Shown: in pieces, positions 36,063 through 47,644 of the stretch
Position numbering within the stretch: the stretch's first letter is position 1
Layout of the letters: the number at the start of each line of letters is the position of its first letter
Origin: Oikopleura dioica
Taxonomy: Eukaryota; Animalia; Chordata
DNA length: 64,000 nucleotides
Assembly (NCBI GenBank): GCA_907165135.1
Contig: OU015568.1
Span: 5,208,001 to 5,272,000, forward strand
Direction of reading: 5' to 3'
Notes under the pieces: model-generated
Databases searched by the model: none
What the model saw: the letters and a program-made list of their open reading frames with translations, nothing else
Told to the model about the DNA's origin: nothing
Position numbers and translations under genes: made by a program

Positions 36063-37245
36063 CGTTAAGGGGGTTAACGGTGTTTTTGTACAGTTGTGAT
36101 TGGTTTTAGATTAATAGCTTCTTGTTAAAGAATCAATCAATCAGAGCTGAAAATGAGTAGTGAGTATTTGTTTTTGAAAAAATTTAAGGGTGTACACAGG
36201 ATATTAGAATAAGGAAGGGAGAGCCTTAAATCTTCAATTTATGAGTTGGACAGTTTTCTTTAGATAGTACGGTGTCTCGAGGCAAGAAATATAGAGACAC
36301 TTGTGCGAGTTTCTATTGTGCCGCGGCGGTTATCCCTTAATTAAGGGTGTAGCGCGCGCGGCTGGGGCGGGTGAATCTTTTTTTAACGTGAACGGGTTGT
36401 TATCTGCTACGACGAATTACTAAACTGCATTCTTACGCGCAGTGAAATGCCGCGCGACAAATTTATAACCAGAAATGCTTAGACGTTTATTGACGAGCAT
36501 TTCAGAAGGAAAAATTTAAAACAAAAATAAATCCTGTTATACCCTTATTCTCATAAATCTTTCAAAAGCAAAAACAATTAAGGGTCTCTCCCCTAAATTT
36601 GTATCAGAGAAAATTTTCGATTTCTCTTTGTATACCCTTAAGAAAATCGATTTCAAACGTCAATCATATCTGAAATTTCCTTTGTGATACCCTTATTTTC
36701 ATCAATTCTTTGATAAAAAATACTCTTAAGAGTAAACGTTTTTGATCTTTGACTAAGCTTGGTATACCCTTAACAAAAGAAAGCCCTAAGACATCCTTCT
36801 TCGGAAAAAAGACGACATCCTTAATTCATCTATAAATCCTCATAATTGTTCATAATCAAACACGCGTCCCAGTGGCAACAAACGTTCCCTCCCTTATCTT
36901 CGAAAAAAAGAAAGCGGCCAACCCCGCCCTAATAATAAATTCCCGAGCGGATTATTTAACGGTTTAGCTGATTTACGAAACGCCGTCTGAAATGAAACAC
37001 ACAACATCTTTAGCGAGGCTTCTCAAGCTGGCTGTGTTATGGGTAAAACATGGCTCTAACTGAAAAAACGTTTTATTACTGTTTTTGGCGAAGGTGAAAA
37101 AAGGGATAAAACGAGACCGCGAAACAGGTGGATACGCGCTACCAAAGAAACAAGCTATAATTAGAACTTTCAGAGTTTATATAAAAAGATAGCACTATCT
37201 GAACTCTTGGCTGGAAAAAGAGAACGTGAGAGCACTAGAAAGAAC

Positions 37246-37485
37246 ATGATGATACTTTCTTGTTTGAGTACCAAAAAATTTCGTGAACCTGATTTTCATC
37301 AATTTTTGGCTCAAAATCGAGAGCTCTCTCGCGACTTCTGGCAAAAGGAAGAAAAAGCCGCGCTGGGCGCGGCTTAATTCTCGTTTTACTCGAAGCCGCA
37401 AGCGGCTTCTCGATTTTGAGCCGAAAAATTGATGAAAATCAGGTTCACCGAACTTTTTGGTACTCAAAGTAGAAAAACTCATCAT
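37246..37485. mobile_element. 240-bp foldback element with ~60-80-bp inverted arms and internal GCCGC palindromes
   Basis: gagtaccaaaaaatttcgtgaacctgattttcatcaatttttggctcaaaatcgaga / tctcgattttgagccgaaaaattgatgaaaatcaggttcaccgaactttttggtactc. Confidence 0.85.
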
Positions 37486-40400
37486 GTGAGAAAAGTGAGG
37501 GCGAATTAGCGCTTGACAAGATTTGTCACTGACAGGAGCTTATTTAGACGCGATTTAGCCATTCTCGTTCTACACCGCGCTTAATCCTCGCAGCTTGTGA
37601 CGAGCGACCGGAAGTTTTTGGGCTCAATCAGCAGTTTTTTGTTCAAATGTACAAAATCGGCTATCGAAAACTACGATTTTGCGGTTTCAAAAACATGGTT
37701 GGACTCATTCGATGAATTTTTAAGTAGAAATACCTTAATATTTTTGACGCATAAGGAGGTAGACCCTTAAATGGAAATACTTGTTTTTAGAGGGGGTGAA
37801 CCCTTAATTTTTTCTTCAAAAATTATTCAGTGCTTCTTTTTCGTCTACCCAAACTTTGCATGAAAAAAAACAACGTGCGGGTAGGAATTATCCCCCGATC
37901 TGGGGAATAAATTCAACCCGTGCGCGCGTTCATGCGCTTTGTCCGTCGCATTTTTTGGATTAATTGAACCTCTTTGCGCATTCATTTTCGAACCTCAAAA
38001 ATGCTGCTCCATGTCCCGGCGGTAGAATCGGCCCAAAATAGACCACCACAAGCTTGAAATTATTTTCCGAAAATTTTGTTTTATTCTTGACATACACCCT
38101 TAATTTTAAAATTATAAGAAAGACAATTTTTGAATAATTTCCGCTGCGAAAACGTGAACTGCTGCGGGAGAATTATCTCCCGTGAGCAAATAATTTATCC
38201 TGTCGGGTTATACAAACGCGCCAAAAATTTGGTGAATGTTATGGAAATAGTCTGCTGATAGACGGAATTATTTAGAAAGGGGTTCACTTCGGCAATTAAC
38301 AAACTTGGGCAGGGGCAAGCCATAATTAACAAGCTGATTAAAGGTGGGCTCGCTGAATTTTTTTCAATTAACGAATTTTATGTCCAGATAAAAATGGAAG
38401 GATCGACCGTAAAGAGTTAAAAAAAAGAGGACCTCCCGCTGAGTTTTCGATAAGGCTCGGTTTAGAAGGACGGGTGGTGGCTCCTCTATCGAAGATTCTG
38501 GCGGCAATTTGCGGTGGTCACCATGCCATCAAGCTAATCATTTTACTGTCGTCCTTACATTTTTATGGTTGACGAAAAGTAGGCCGTACTCATTACCAAC
38601 CCAGCAAAATAAAAGTCTACTTGTCAAATAAAGGAAATTTGAAAAAAATTAACCTTGGGGATACCCTTAAGTCAATGTCTAAATCAAAACCGAAGGAAAA
38701 ATTAAGGGTGTGTAGGAAAGTTCGCGCAAAAAGGGGTCCTTATTTTAACTGGAAAATAAGGGGGTAACCAAGTTAAAATGAGGACCTATGATTAATGGAA
38801 GGGGTCACCTTAGGAAGAATATTTTTTTCTTTGTTTCTTCTTACCTTATGAATTATATCAGCATAAAGAAGTCGTTTCGTAAGTAATAAGAATAGTTGTT
38901 ATTGAATAGAAGTTATTTTTCAAATGGTAAATCTAAAAAAAGAATTGTTAGTTTCTCTTTCTTTCTCTTCCTCAATTTTTTTCTTCATTTTTAAAATTCT
39001 AGCACATTTCCGCGCGGCGACGGAATGGCAACTGACCGACTTCATTTTCAGTTCCTGCCCCGCTGCTGGCTCTAAGCTCTGAGAGTCGGCCAAAGGGGAA
39101 AATTGATTTTCAGAAAGAGGATTTGGGAATTTTCGCAGATTTACAAAGAGAGAAGTACGGGGAAGAAACTGGGATAATCCCATCCGTTTCGGCGGTAATC
39201 GGAATACATGTGAGAAAAATCATACGCCCGGGTCCTTAGAAGATGAATTTTTGGACCAATTTAAAAGGCAATTTATAAGATTGACACCCTTATTTTTGAA
39301 TAAACTTTCTTCAAAATAGGCTTATTGAAAAAATTACAGGACTGTCTTTTGGAAAAGTTAAGGGTATCGTGAAGTTATTGAGAGTTTTTGAACCTGTTAA
39401 AAACTCATTTTTCATGGCCTACTCCCTTATTTCTTGAGCAAATAAAGAAACGAATCGAAAAATGGCTTATATTTAGGATTTTTCTTTTGAATTAAGGACC
39501 TACCATCATCCGAAAAGAAAGAAATAAATTAATTTTAAATCAATCAAAATCAAAGCTTACCCCCTTAGAGCACGCCTGAGAATTCGGAATCTGTCAACTC
39601 GTTATAATATCTAACCGCGATAAGGTCAAGTGACTTGAAATAAATCAACGACATGCAACTACTCATCCCTTCGAAATTTTCAATTCTAGTGCTTCATTAT
39701 TCATCGTTATTTTAACCATAAATAGCGATTATTGATGATTCGGCGCGAGGGATAACGTGGTATCGTGAGTAGATACGACAAGTTATCGAATCCTGCTCTA
39801 AACAATTTTTCCGTCGCATTTTTTCCCAGCGCGTGCGAGCGGGTTAAGTTGATTTGAGGAATATGTAAATTTCATTTTAAGAATTTGTTGACATTATTGA
39901 ATAAGGAAGGATCGGCGAAAACGGATAAATTTGATAAAAAAAACGGTTAGAAACTCCCTAAGGGTATCGACTCACAGTTCAGACTCAACAAGGATGTTCT
40001 TTAAGAAAGAACTGACATTCAGTAAAGCCAAGAGTTACTGTCATTTTTGACTCAAAAATCAAGTTCAAAGCAATTTTCGTAGTTTCTTTTCGGAAACTCG
40101 AAAATGATGAGTTTTGTAGTTAAAAATAGTTATTTTTCAATATCGAAGGGTATATCCTTAATTTTCGAAATAGCGGCAAAAAGGCAGTTTTTTTCATTTC
40201 GGCAGAAAGAAAGCAGCTCGCCGAGGCAAGTTTGAAATAGATCTGATTTAGTGCAGTACTTGAGTGCTAAGAAGAAGCTCCCTGGCTTAACTTGGCGGAT
40301 CTGATTGCTCCCTTTTGGGCAAATTCTTTGCTCGAATGACCGACGATTCACAAAATCCGAAATGCTTTCAGATTCTTGTTCATCCAATCAGATTTGCAGC

Positions 40401-41905
40401 TGCTCAAAAATATCGAAAATCGCCGAAACTCAAAATCTTTCTTTCAATTTACTATCAAAATCTGTTTTCTCGTTGTTTTTTCTTAAGGGTATCCGTATCT
40501 AACTCGCTGAAATTGTCAATTAAGAACTTAGCTTTAAAATCAGTGTTGACGCCCTTAGGAAAAAACAATTCGTTACCCCCTTATTTGTGCTACAGAAACA
40601 CAACACCGCGTATTTACTGAAGAAAACTGAATTACCAGCTTTTTTCTTAAGGGTATCCCTCCTTTAATAATATCAACCGAATTGTTTTTCTTCGAGCAGG
40701 AAAATCACTGTCTTACCCTTAAGATAAAACACTTGGTTACCCCCTTATTTACGCGTCAAAACTCAAAAGAGTTACGTATATGCCCCCACTTATCTCCAAA
40801 ATACTTCACACTCCAAATTACTCAAAACTCCAATTATCGCCGCTCGAAACAATTAGTAAAATCTTAAGGAGAGTGTCCGAGAAAATGTGTTGTAAGTTGA
40901 CAATCAAGACATGCGGTAATTCGTTATTACATTTTTTTGTTACAGAAGTACACGAGTAAATTTCCCCCGCCGCAAATTCAAAACGTAACGTTTTGTTTTT
41001 TATGTAGACAAATTTTTATCCAGCGCTAAGGGGGTAACAACTGTGGATAATTAAGAGAGGGGTCATCTAAAAGAAAATAATTCAAAAAATCTTTTCAAAA
41101 TAAGACATTTATCTACAATAATTTGTTCGAAAAAAATTCTTGAGACTGAGCTCTTTCAACGCGAATTAAGGGTATACCCTAAAATTTTTTCGAAATTTTG
41201 AAGGTTCATTAGAAAGAAAACGTCTTTATCTAAGGATATCTTCAAGAAAATATAAGTTTTATTAAGGGTATCAACCATGAAATGACTGATTTGTTGTTTT
41301 TGATTAAGGGCATGCATCAAGAAATGCAATTTATTGCTATAGAAAATTTTTAACGGAATTTCTTTATGAAAGAAAATTATGAATTTAAGGGTATCTATCT
41401 ATAAAAGGCGATTAAATCTGCAAAAACTCAATAAGAAAGGGATATCCTTAAGAAACTCCTTCTAATCTCGCGTTGTGTACCCCATATAATTCCGATTACC
41501 GTCGATTTGCAAAAATTAAACCCGTGACCGCGCAGATATGGCTCTAAAAATCGACGTACCTTTTAGAGTAAAACGCTAGAATCAGCCTTATCTCTTCGAT
41601 AAAACAAAATTCTAGAAAGAAATTCTAAAGCCTAAAGATTTTTTAAAAGGTTTCTTCGTTTTTCTTCTCCTAAAAAAGCCTGATTACAAACTGATGGTTA
41701 CAAACTCGAGCTTCTGAGTTGATTGACGAGTTAAGGATCTCTACTGTTTTGTTTCTCCACCTGATAAGTTTAAAAAAGATAAAAGGATCTTCGTTCTCTT
41801 GATTTAAAAAAAGAAGGGTTGAAGCCGTAAATTACGCTACGGTTCGTTTTTCTTTCGTGCGTCAAGGTCAGATCAACACAGGGTTAGGCACTAAGGGAGT
41901 CGACG

Positions 41906-44900
41906 CTAAACGAGTACGCTCAAAGTTGCCTCAGCGGGAGACGGCTCCAGCGCGCCACCGAGCGGCAGCGCCCAGCGAAAATCTTCGCCATTTTTTTTTT
42001 CTCGCTGCCACGCGGCGGCGCTACTTTGAAAAACATGAGAGCGAGGGAGTAGCTCGAGAGCGACCCCTCGCCAGGTCAAGAACTGAGGAATTTCAGATGC
42101 AAAGGGATGAAAAAGGCGATCAGAAAACAGATCAAGCAGATGAGCAGTTAATTGGAGGAGGGAGACGAAACTACTGATAAAAATTTTTTCAAAGGAAATC
42201 ATTTTGATTTGAACATCATAAAACACCTCTAATTTCGTTGGTATCGTATTTTTTCTCGATAAAGATTCCTTGATTTCCCGCAATAAATAGATCAAATAAT
42301 GGAACAATTTTTTTCATGTTCGTGACGAATATGTTTCTCAAGCATTAATTTTAAACTTATGACTGAAAAAGTTTGCTAACCTTCACTAAAAATTGTGATA
42401 ACCAACAACGTGGATTTCTCCAAAAGTCGCGGTCTTAAATTTCGCACATTAATCTATCATTAACCACATGTGATGTAACTTTTCGCTTTAGTCTTTAAAA
42501 ATCTTCGAATTTCAAGATTAAAAAAATCGGGCCTATGTTAATCCGGTGGTAGTCTTATGGTGCTTGTAATAAAACACCGATATGAAAAAGTTTTTTACAA
42601 TGCTATTGTAAAAAAAGCGCCTGATGGACATTTTCTGCCTTCCTTTTTTTTCTTCTGAATTTTGGACAATTTTGACCCGTGTGCAAGCTTGTGTATTTCC
42701 TGCTTCGTAGTCCGCGATGAGCTCATTCGTAAAAAGAGAGAAAGAGCGCCTGCCACAAAAGGATTATGTTTACTCGGGTGACTGTGTGTTGGCCGCAGTT
42801 TCCTCACCGCCAATCGTTTTAACCGGTTGTTACATGGAAACGCATCCCCTGCCAAGAACTTGTTCCAGAACTTTTTCCGACAAAAAGTTTATTTTTCAGC
42901 TGCAAGTTGAATAAATTCAATAAATTAAGAAATAGGCTATTTATGATCCATAAATCAGCTTCTTCTTTCAAATCGCCGTTTTCTGCTCTTTTGCGATGAT
43001 GACACTAAAAACGCGATTTAGTGAAATTTATGACGCATTCGACTCGAATTTTGTCAAAATGTTTTTAGACATTTGAAAATTCAAGCTCTAGAAAGCAAGA
43101 TAAAGACCTCATCTGTCTTATGGCAAGATAAAATAAGGGACTTCCTATCTTAATTCTATAAGAAATATCAATTTTTAAATCGGGCTATATCGATGGCTAT
43201 GCCCTTAGGAAAGCTATTATACGGTATGATATCTTTCCTAAGGGCGTAGCCATCGATATACCTAGGGGGTGAACGGTGAAAAAATTGATTTTTTTATCAT
43301 CCTCTAATAGATCTACATGAGAAAATTGGCGTTTATGATGGAAAACAGCGTTTTTTTAATTTACAATTATTGAATTAAATGTTTTTTATGATGTGTTTTA
43401 TATATATACATCGATTCAAATTAGTTTTCTAAACTTTTAATTTTGCTCATTTTTTCACTGTTCACCCCCTAGATATACCCCTATCTAAAAGAGGATATTT
43501 CTCATAGAAATAAGAAAGGAAGACCCTTATTTTATACCTTATTATTTATACCTTTCACTTTTGACGATAATACTTGGAAGCGGGCGAACAATGTCTTCTG
43601 GAATCGGGCCACTGACTGGTCCCAAATAAGAGCTTCTAGCGGTCGATCCGTCAGGCGAACTCTCGTCGCTGAAAAAAACACACGTCAGTTGAAAGACTGT
43701 AATTGAAGAAAAACGCTACCTGTAGAGATTAACATGAATGTGAGACGGATTATAACAGACTTGTTTCACCGAGTTCTAAAAAGATCATCAAAAGGGTTTG
43801 AAATTGAGAGCCGGGCTTACTTTTAACTCGCGGTTGTATTTGATCTTGTTCTGCGTCTTCCAGAAGATGAACTTTTCATAAAGATAAAAATATATTGGGG
43901 AAAAAATTTTAACCCCCTGTCGCGCAGAAACCAAGTTTTCGACAAAAATATAATTTTTGGTAAACTACGCCTTTTGTTGTTTTATGCAAAAGGTTAAAAA
44001 TAGGTTAAAATTCTGTTGTTCAAGAATGCTTTCTCAAAATTTAACCCATCGACGCAGCATGACCAATCTTTTGTCCGATGCTTATTTAATTTCTGCGGCT
44101 TATCTGACACCTTTCAAACAAGCCTTAATTTTTGATTTGCCCTTTTTTGATTTGCCAAAAAATTAGTGAAGGCGCGCAAATAGGTTAAAAATTCATGAAG
44201 GAAAAAATTTTTATCCCTTCCGAAACGCTGATAAAAGCAAAAACGAAGCCCAAGGTGAACATGATTCGGCTCTTTCTTGAGGCCGAGAATTATGAGATCT
44301 AGTTGCTTTACTAAAAGCTCGGAACGTGGCCGGAAATTCCGCGAAACATTGAAATCTCAAAAAGCCTTGCCTGACCTTTAATTAGGCTCAAATCGCGCAG
44401 AATTTTGGACGGGACGGGAATACTTTTGTGGAGAGAAACGCTTTAGACAGGACTCCATTTCTTGATACATGAGATTTTGAAGCAATTTCAAGAAAAACCT
44501 TAAGGGTATCACCAAAATAAAAAGATTTCCGAAATCCGGTCGCGGTTCCGTGAAGTTTTCAATATTTATTGAAATTCTTTTTTAACGATTTTCTGAAAGA
44601 AATTTTTTTGTTAGTGATACCCTTAAAATTTTTCTCTAGAATAAGGGTATAACCCTTTATTCTCCAAATTAAAGGAACCTTACAATTTCAAGCTAAATTT
44701 CAAGCTTTATTTTACGCCACAGTTACGAGTTCTTTCAAGAGTTCTTTCCTTCTTACTTTTTATCTCTGTGGATACCCTTAGCCGTTTATCGAATTGAAAA
44801 TGAGTAAATACAAAAACCATAATGACACAATCTGCTCTAGGGTCCTCACTGATAAGAGCGCTAATACTGCCCGTCCAGCGCTTTAAAATTAAAATGGAGT

Positions 44901-45156
44901 CCTTCCTGTATGGGTTCTGAAGCATAAGCTTTTCCAGCCAAAACAAACCGATGAGACCTGAAAGAAGATAATAGCTAGAACACGTGACTCGCGGTGGAAG
45001 CGCGCTTTTTCGTGAGAAAGAATTTAATTCAAAGTGGAATTCCGAACGTGGTGATGACCCGCTCTTAGATCTTGCTTGTTGCTCGGATTCTTGCGATTCT
45101 TCGAGACATGGGGAAGGCCTTTCAATCTTCAAGGAGGGGCCAAGAACAAGGAGCAA
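41906..45156 (-). CDS. Probable multi-exon gene of unknown function
   Basis: In-phase GT-AG chain TQNKIKYNRELK|NSVKQVCYNPSHIHVNLY|SDESSPDGSTARSSYLGPVSGPIPEDIVRPLPSIIVK|RDAFPCNNRLKRLA|LIADYEAGNTQACTRVKIVQNSEEKKGRQKMSIRRFFYNSI (43880-42605). Further open segments at 44707-45156 and 41906-42100. Ends unknown. Confidence 0.5.
43186..43260. repeat. 75-bp hairpin element (28-bp arms)
   Basis: tatatcgatggctatgcccttaggaaag ... ctttcctaagggcgtagccatcgatata. Confidence 0.85.
43263..43471. mobile_element. 209-bp hAT-type MITE with 8-bp TSD
   Basis: TIR TAGGGGGTGAAC(G/A)GTGAAAAAA at both ends; identical 8-bp flanks GATATACC at 43255-43262 and 43472-43479. Confidence 0.88.
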
Positions 45157-45199
45157 TTAAGCCAAATAGTTTTCATCGAAATTCACGCTCAAAATTTAG

Positions 45200-45400
45200 C
45201 TGCGTGCGGCTTTTTCAATATAATTGAAACTAAATAAGCCGCGCCTTTTTTTTATTCGAAAAAGCCGCGGTTATAATTTTAATTGCGGTTTTTTTGACTT
45301 TCTTTTGAAAAAACTGCGGCTTCTTTTTAAAAGCCGCTTCGCGGCTTCGAAAAAAAATATTTTTTTTTTATTTTTCTGAAAAGCCGCAAGCGGCTTTTTT
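45200..45400. repeat. Array of AAGCCGC/GCGGCTT mini-palindromes in poly-A/T spacers
   Basis: gcggctt, aagccgc, aagccgcttcgcggcttc and aagccgcaagcggctt recur several times within 200 bp. Confidence 0.7.
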
Positions 45401-45920
45401 AATGAAAATAAAATTTTTAAGGTAAAATGGATTGAAATTTGAAATTTTGATTGGGATTTTTCCCATTCCCTTTTTCGTATTTTTCAAATTTATGAAAATG
45501 AGAGTTTTGTGCCGCGTATTTTTCAGTCGGTCCACGTTGAACAGGCTTAGTCAGTTGCCTTCTAACTCTTTTTGGAATTCAAAGCCCGCGACCTGGCGAC
45601 TTTCCATCCGATTTTCTCGAGAAGGGTCACCGCCACCAGTTCCTTCAAAATAAACCCGAGAAGCCTTTTTCTTACCTGCGAGGAAGAATAACACGCCGAG
45701 GGACAAGGAGATGCAGATGACGGAGTTTAATTTGTTGAATTCGGGCCGGTTGGAGTGGGAAAGGACCAAAAGGGTGCGAAAGCTTTTTGGAGAGGCGACT
45801 CCGCTTGCTTTCAAAAATGGTCAGAAAAAATTTGAAATCAAAAAACTAAAAAATTTTTGGAAAAATCGCTTGAAAACGACAATTTGCGGAAAAAAATAAA
45901 TAAGAAAAAAAGTTTCGCCT

Positions 45921-46290
45921 AAAAAATAAGGACTTCCTCCAGAAAAAGGATATTTTTTCCAGATTTTTATATACAAATTTAATAAAGTGACACCCTTACT
46001 TCAAATCAGAGCTCAAACACTCATCATGGATGAGTCATCTAGGCTCGGCATTACCAAGTCGGCAACCTGTGTAGAAACCTGACTCAGGCTTGTGAAGACA
46101 TCAGAGAAGCGAAGCAGGACCCTGACTCAGATTTCTACACAGGTTGCCGAGCCGAGATGATTCATCATAGTCTATGATTCATAGATGAGCCTTTCGGCGC
46201 ATATTTGAAGTAAGGGTATCACTTTATTAAATTTTTATATTAAAATCTGGGGACAAACATCCTGATTTCTCAGGAAAGTCCTTATTTTTT
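45921..46290. mobile_element. Composite symmetric element: ~85-bp outer inverted arms enclosing TGASTCA repeats and a CCTGASTCAGG-family core (46059-46150)
   Basis: aaaaaataaggacttcc...aaagtgacacccttacttcaaat / atttgaagtaagggtatcacttt...ggaaagtccttatttttt; core tcggcaacctgtgtagaaacctgactcagg...ctgactcagatttctacacaggttgccga. Confidence 0.85.
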
Positions 46291-47260
46291 CAACAAAGCA
46301 TATGACAGACCGACTTGATTAATTTTTAATCGACTGGAAATGCCATTTTGTCGCCCTTATTTTTCTCCCTAACCGACCTCGGAAACGTCTTTATTTTGAC
46401 TCCTGAAATTATTCATCCCCCATTTGTGCAATAGACGGGATGAAAAACAGACAGGTAGTGGTGCAACTCTACTATTCCACTAAGACTGTCGCGGTACTTG
46501 AGCTTGAGCCCTCGTGCCCGTATAAGTATTTAATTGAAACGCTCTTTCTATTCTATGGTTATTTTTGGAAGTTGGCGAAAAGGGGGAGATCACGTGACTT
46601 TCTTTTTAGAAAAGTACAAGGCGCTTTTTCAAAGAAATTTTTTAAAAAATGGAAAAATGATTTTTTTTTCGCTTTTTTGTTTTTTTTTTGCGTTGTTTAA
46701 ATTAGGTCATAAAAGAAATGCTTGAAAAACGAAACAGTTCAAAACGCCGTGTTTTGGCTTTGTTTTGAGCTGGCTCCTAGCGGAGCCGAGCTGAGCGATT
46801 AGACTGCGCGGCCTTGTTTGTCCAAAAGCACCTCTCTAATTACCCAATACAACGGCACTCGAAATAACGACGCCAAGATCGCATGATAGTACGCGCTTCT
46901 ATTACTGTACTTTTAAAAGACAGGGAGTTCTTTAGTGGTTAGTATCGTGCTCCTCCAAAGTTTTGATAAAAAATTTTGAAAATCTTTCGCGAATTTTCTT
47001 TCAAAAAAAGGGGAAAACATCAATTTAAATGAGGTTTCCCATCGTTTTCTACCTTTGTATAGAGACACCCATATTTATTTTATGAAATGAAAGGCTGAAT
47101 CTTAGTTTTGAAGAAGAGGGGGCACGAATCGACCAAATACGACGATCCTGGCCAAAATTTTGGTCAAATTCAAGCCCTATCCGATGTCCGCGGTAGGCCA
47201 ATTTAAATTTCAGAATGGTCAATTTTTCTCTAGAAAAAGAGTCTTTCTGACCGTTTCCTC

Positions 47261-47644
47261 TTGTTTCCGGCCTTGAGCCAGGCGCTTCTACCGCCATTTT
47301 TTCGTCTTTTTTATCTGGCTTTGTTCTATCTTCACTGTAGCTCTGACTGTTTCAGTCTCCCTCTCTTACTCAGTAGTCGAGTACTACAAATGCTCGCCGG
47401 TTGCCCAGAAAAAAAGTGCAACTGCGCTGATGGAACCTGTCGAAATGAATATTCTAGCGCGCCAATTGCCAAAAGATTAATTAATGAACCAATTTCTTCC
47501 TACTCTCTTTTGCAAAGAAAAGTTCTTGAAAAAAAAAAGTTGGAAAATGAAAAACGTCGAAATGAATGGGACAGCCGACACTTAGTTCGGTATTCATTTA
47601 TTTTTCAGAAAGTGGAAAGCTTGAGCAGTTTTTCGAGGAGGTGA
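47261..47644 (+). CDS. Possible coding exon(s), frame ambiguous
   Basis: Two frames read plausibly: ARRFYRHFFVFFIWLCSIFTVALTVSVSLSYSVVEYY (TM-like) or MLAGCPEKKCNCADGTCRNE...KKLENEKRRNEW. No linkage established. Confidence 0.25.
   Translation: MFPALSQALLPPFFRLFYLALFYLHCSSDCFSLPLLLSSRVLQMLAGCPEKKCNCADGTCRNEYSSAPIAKRLINEPISSYSLLQRKVLEKKKLENEKRRNEWDSRHLVRYSFIFQKVESLSSFSRR

Noticed and set aside
37195-37485. 96-aa minus-strand ORF
   Set aside because: Coincides with a foldback palindrome; openness is a by-product of repeat composition.
47290-47480. Possible TM4 of a Cys-loop receptor
   Set aside because: I found no Cys-loop, TM1-3 or ligand-binding exons upstream, so the family call is unsupported.
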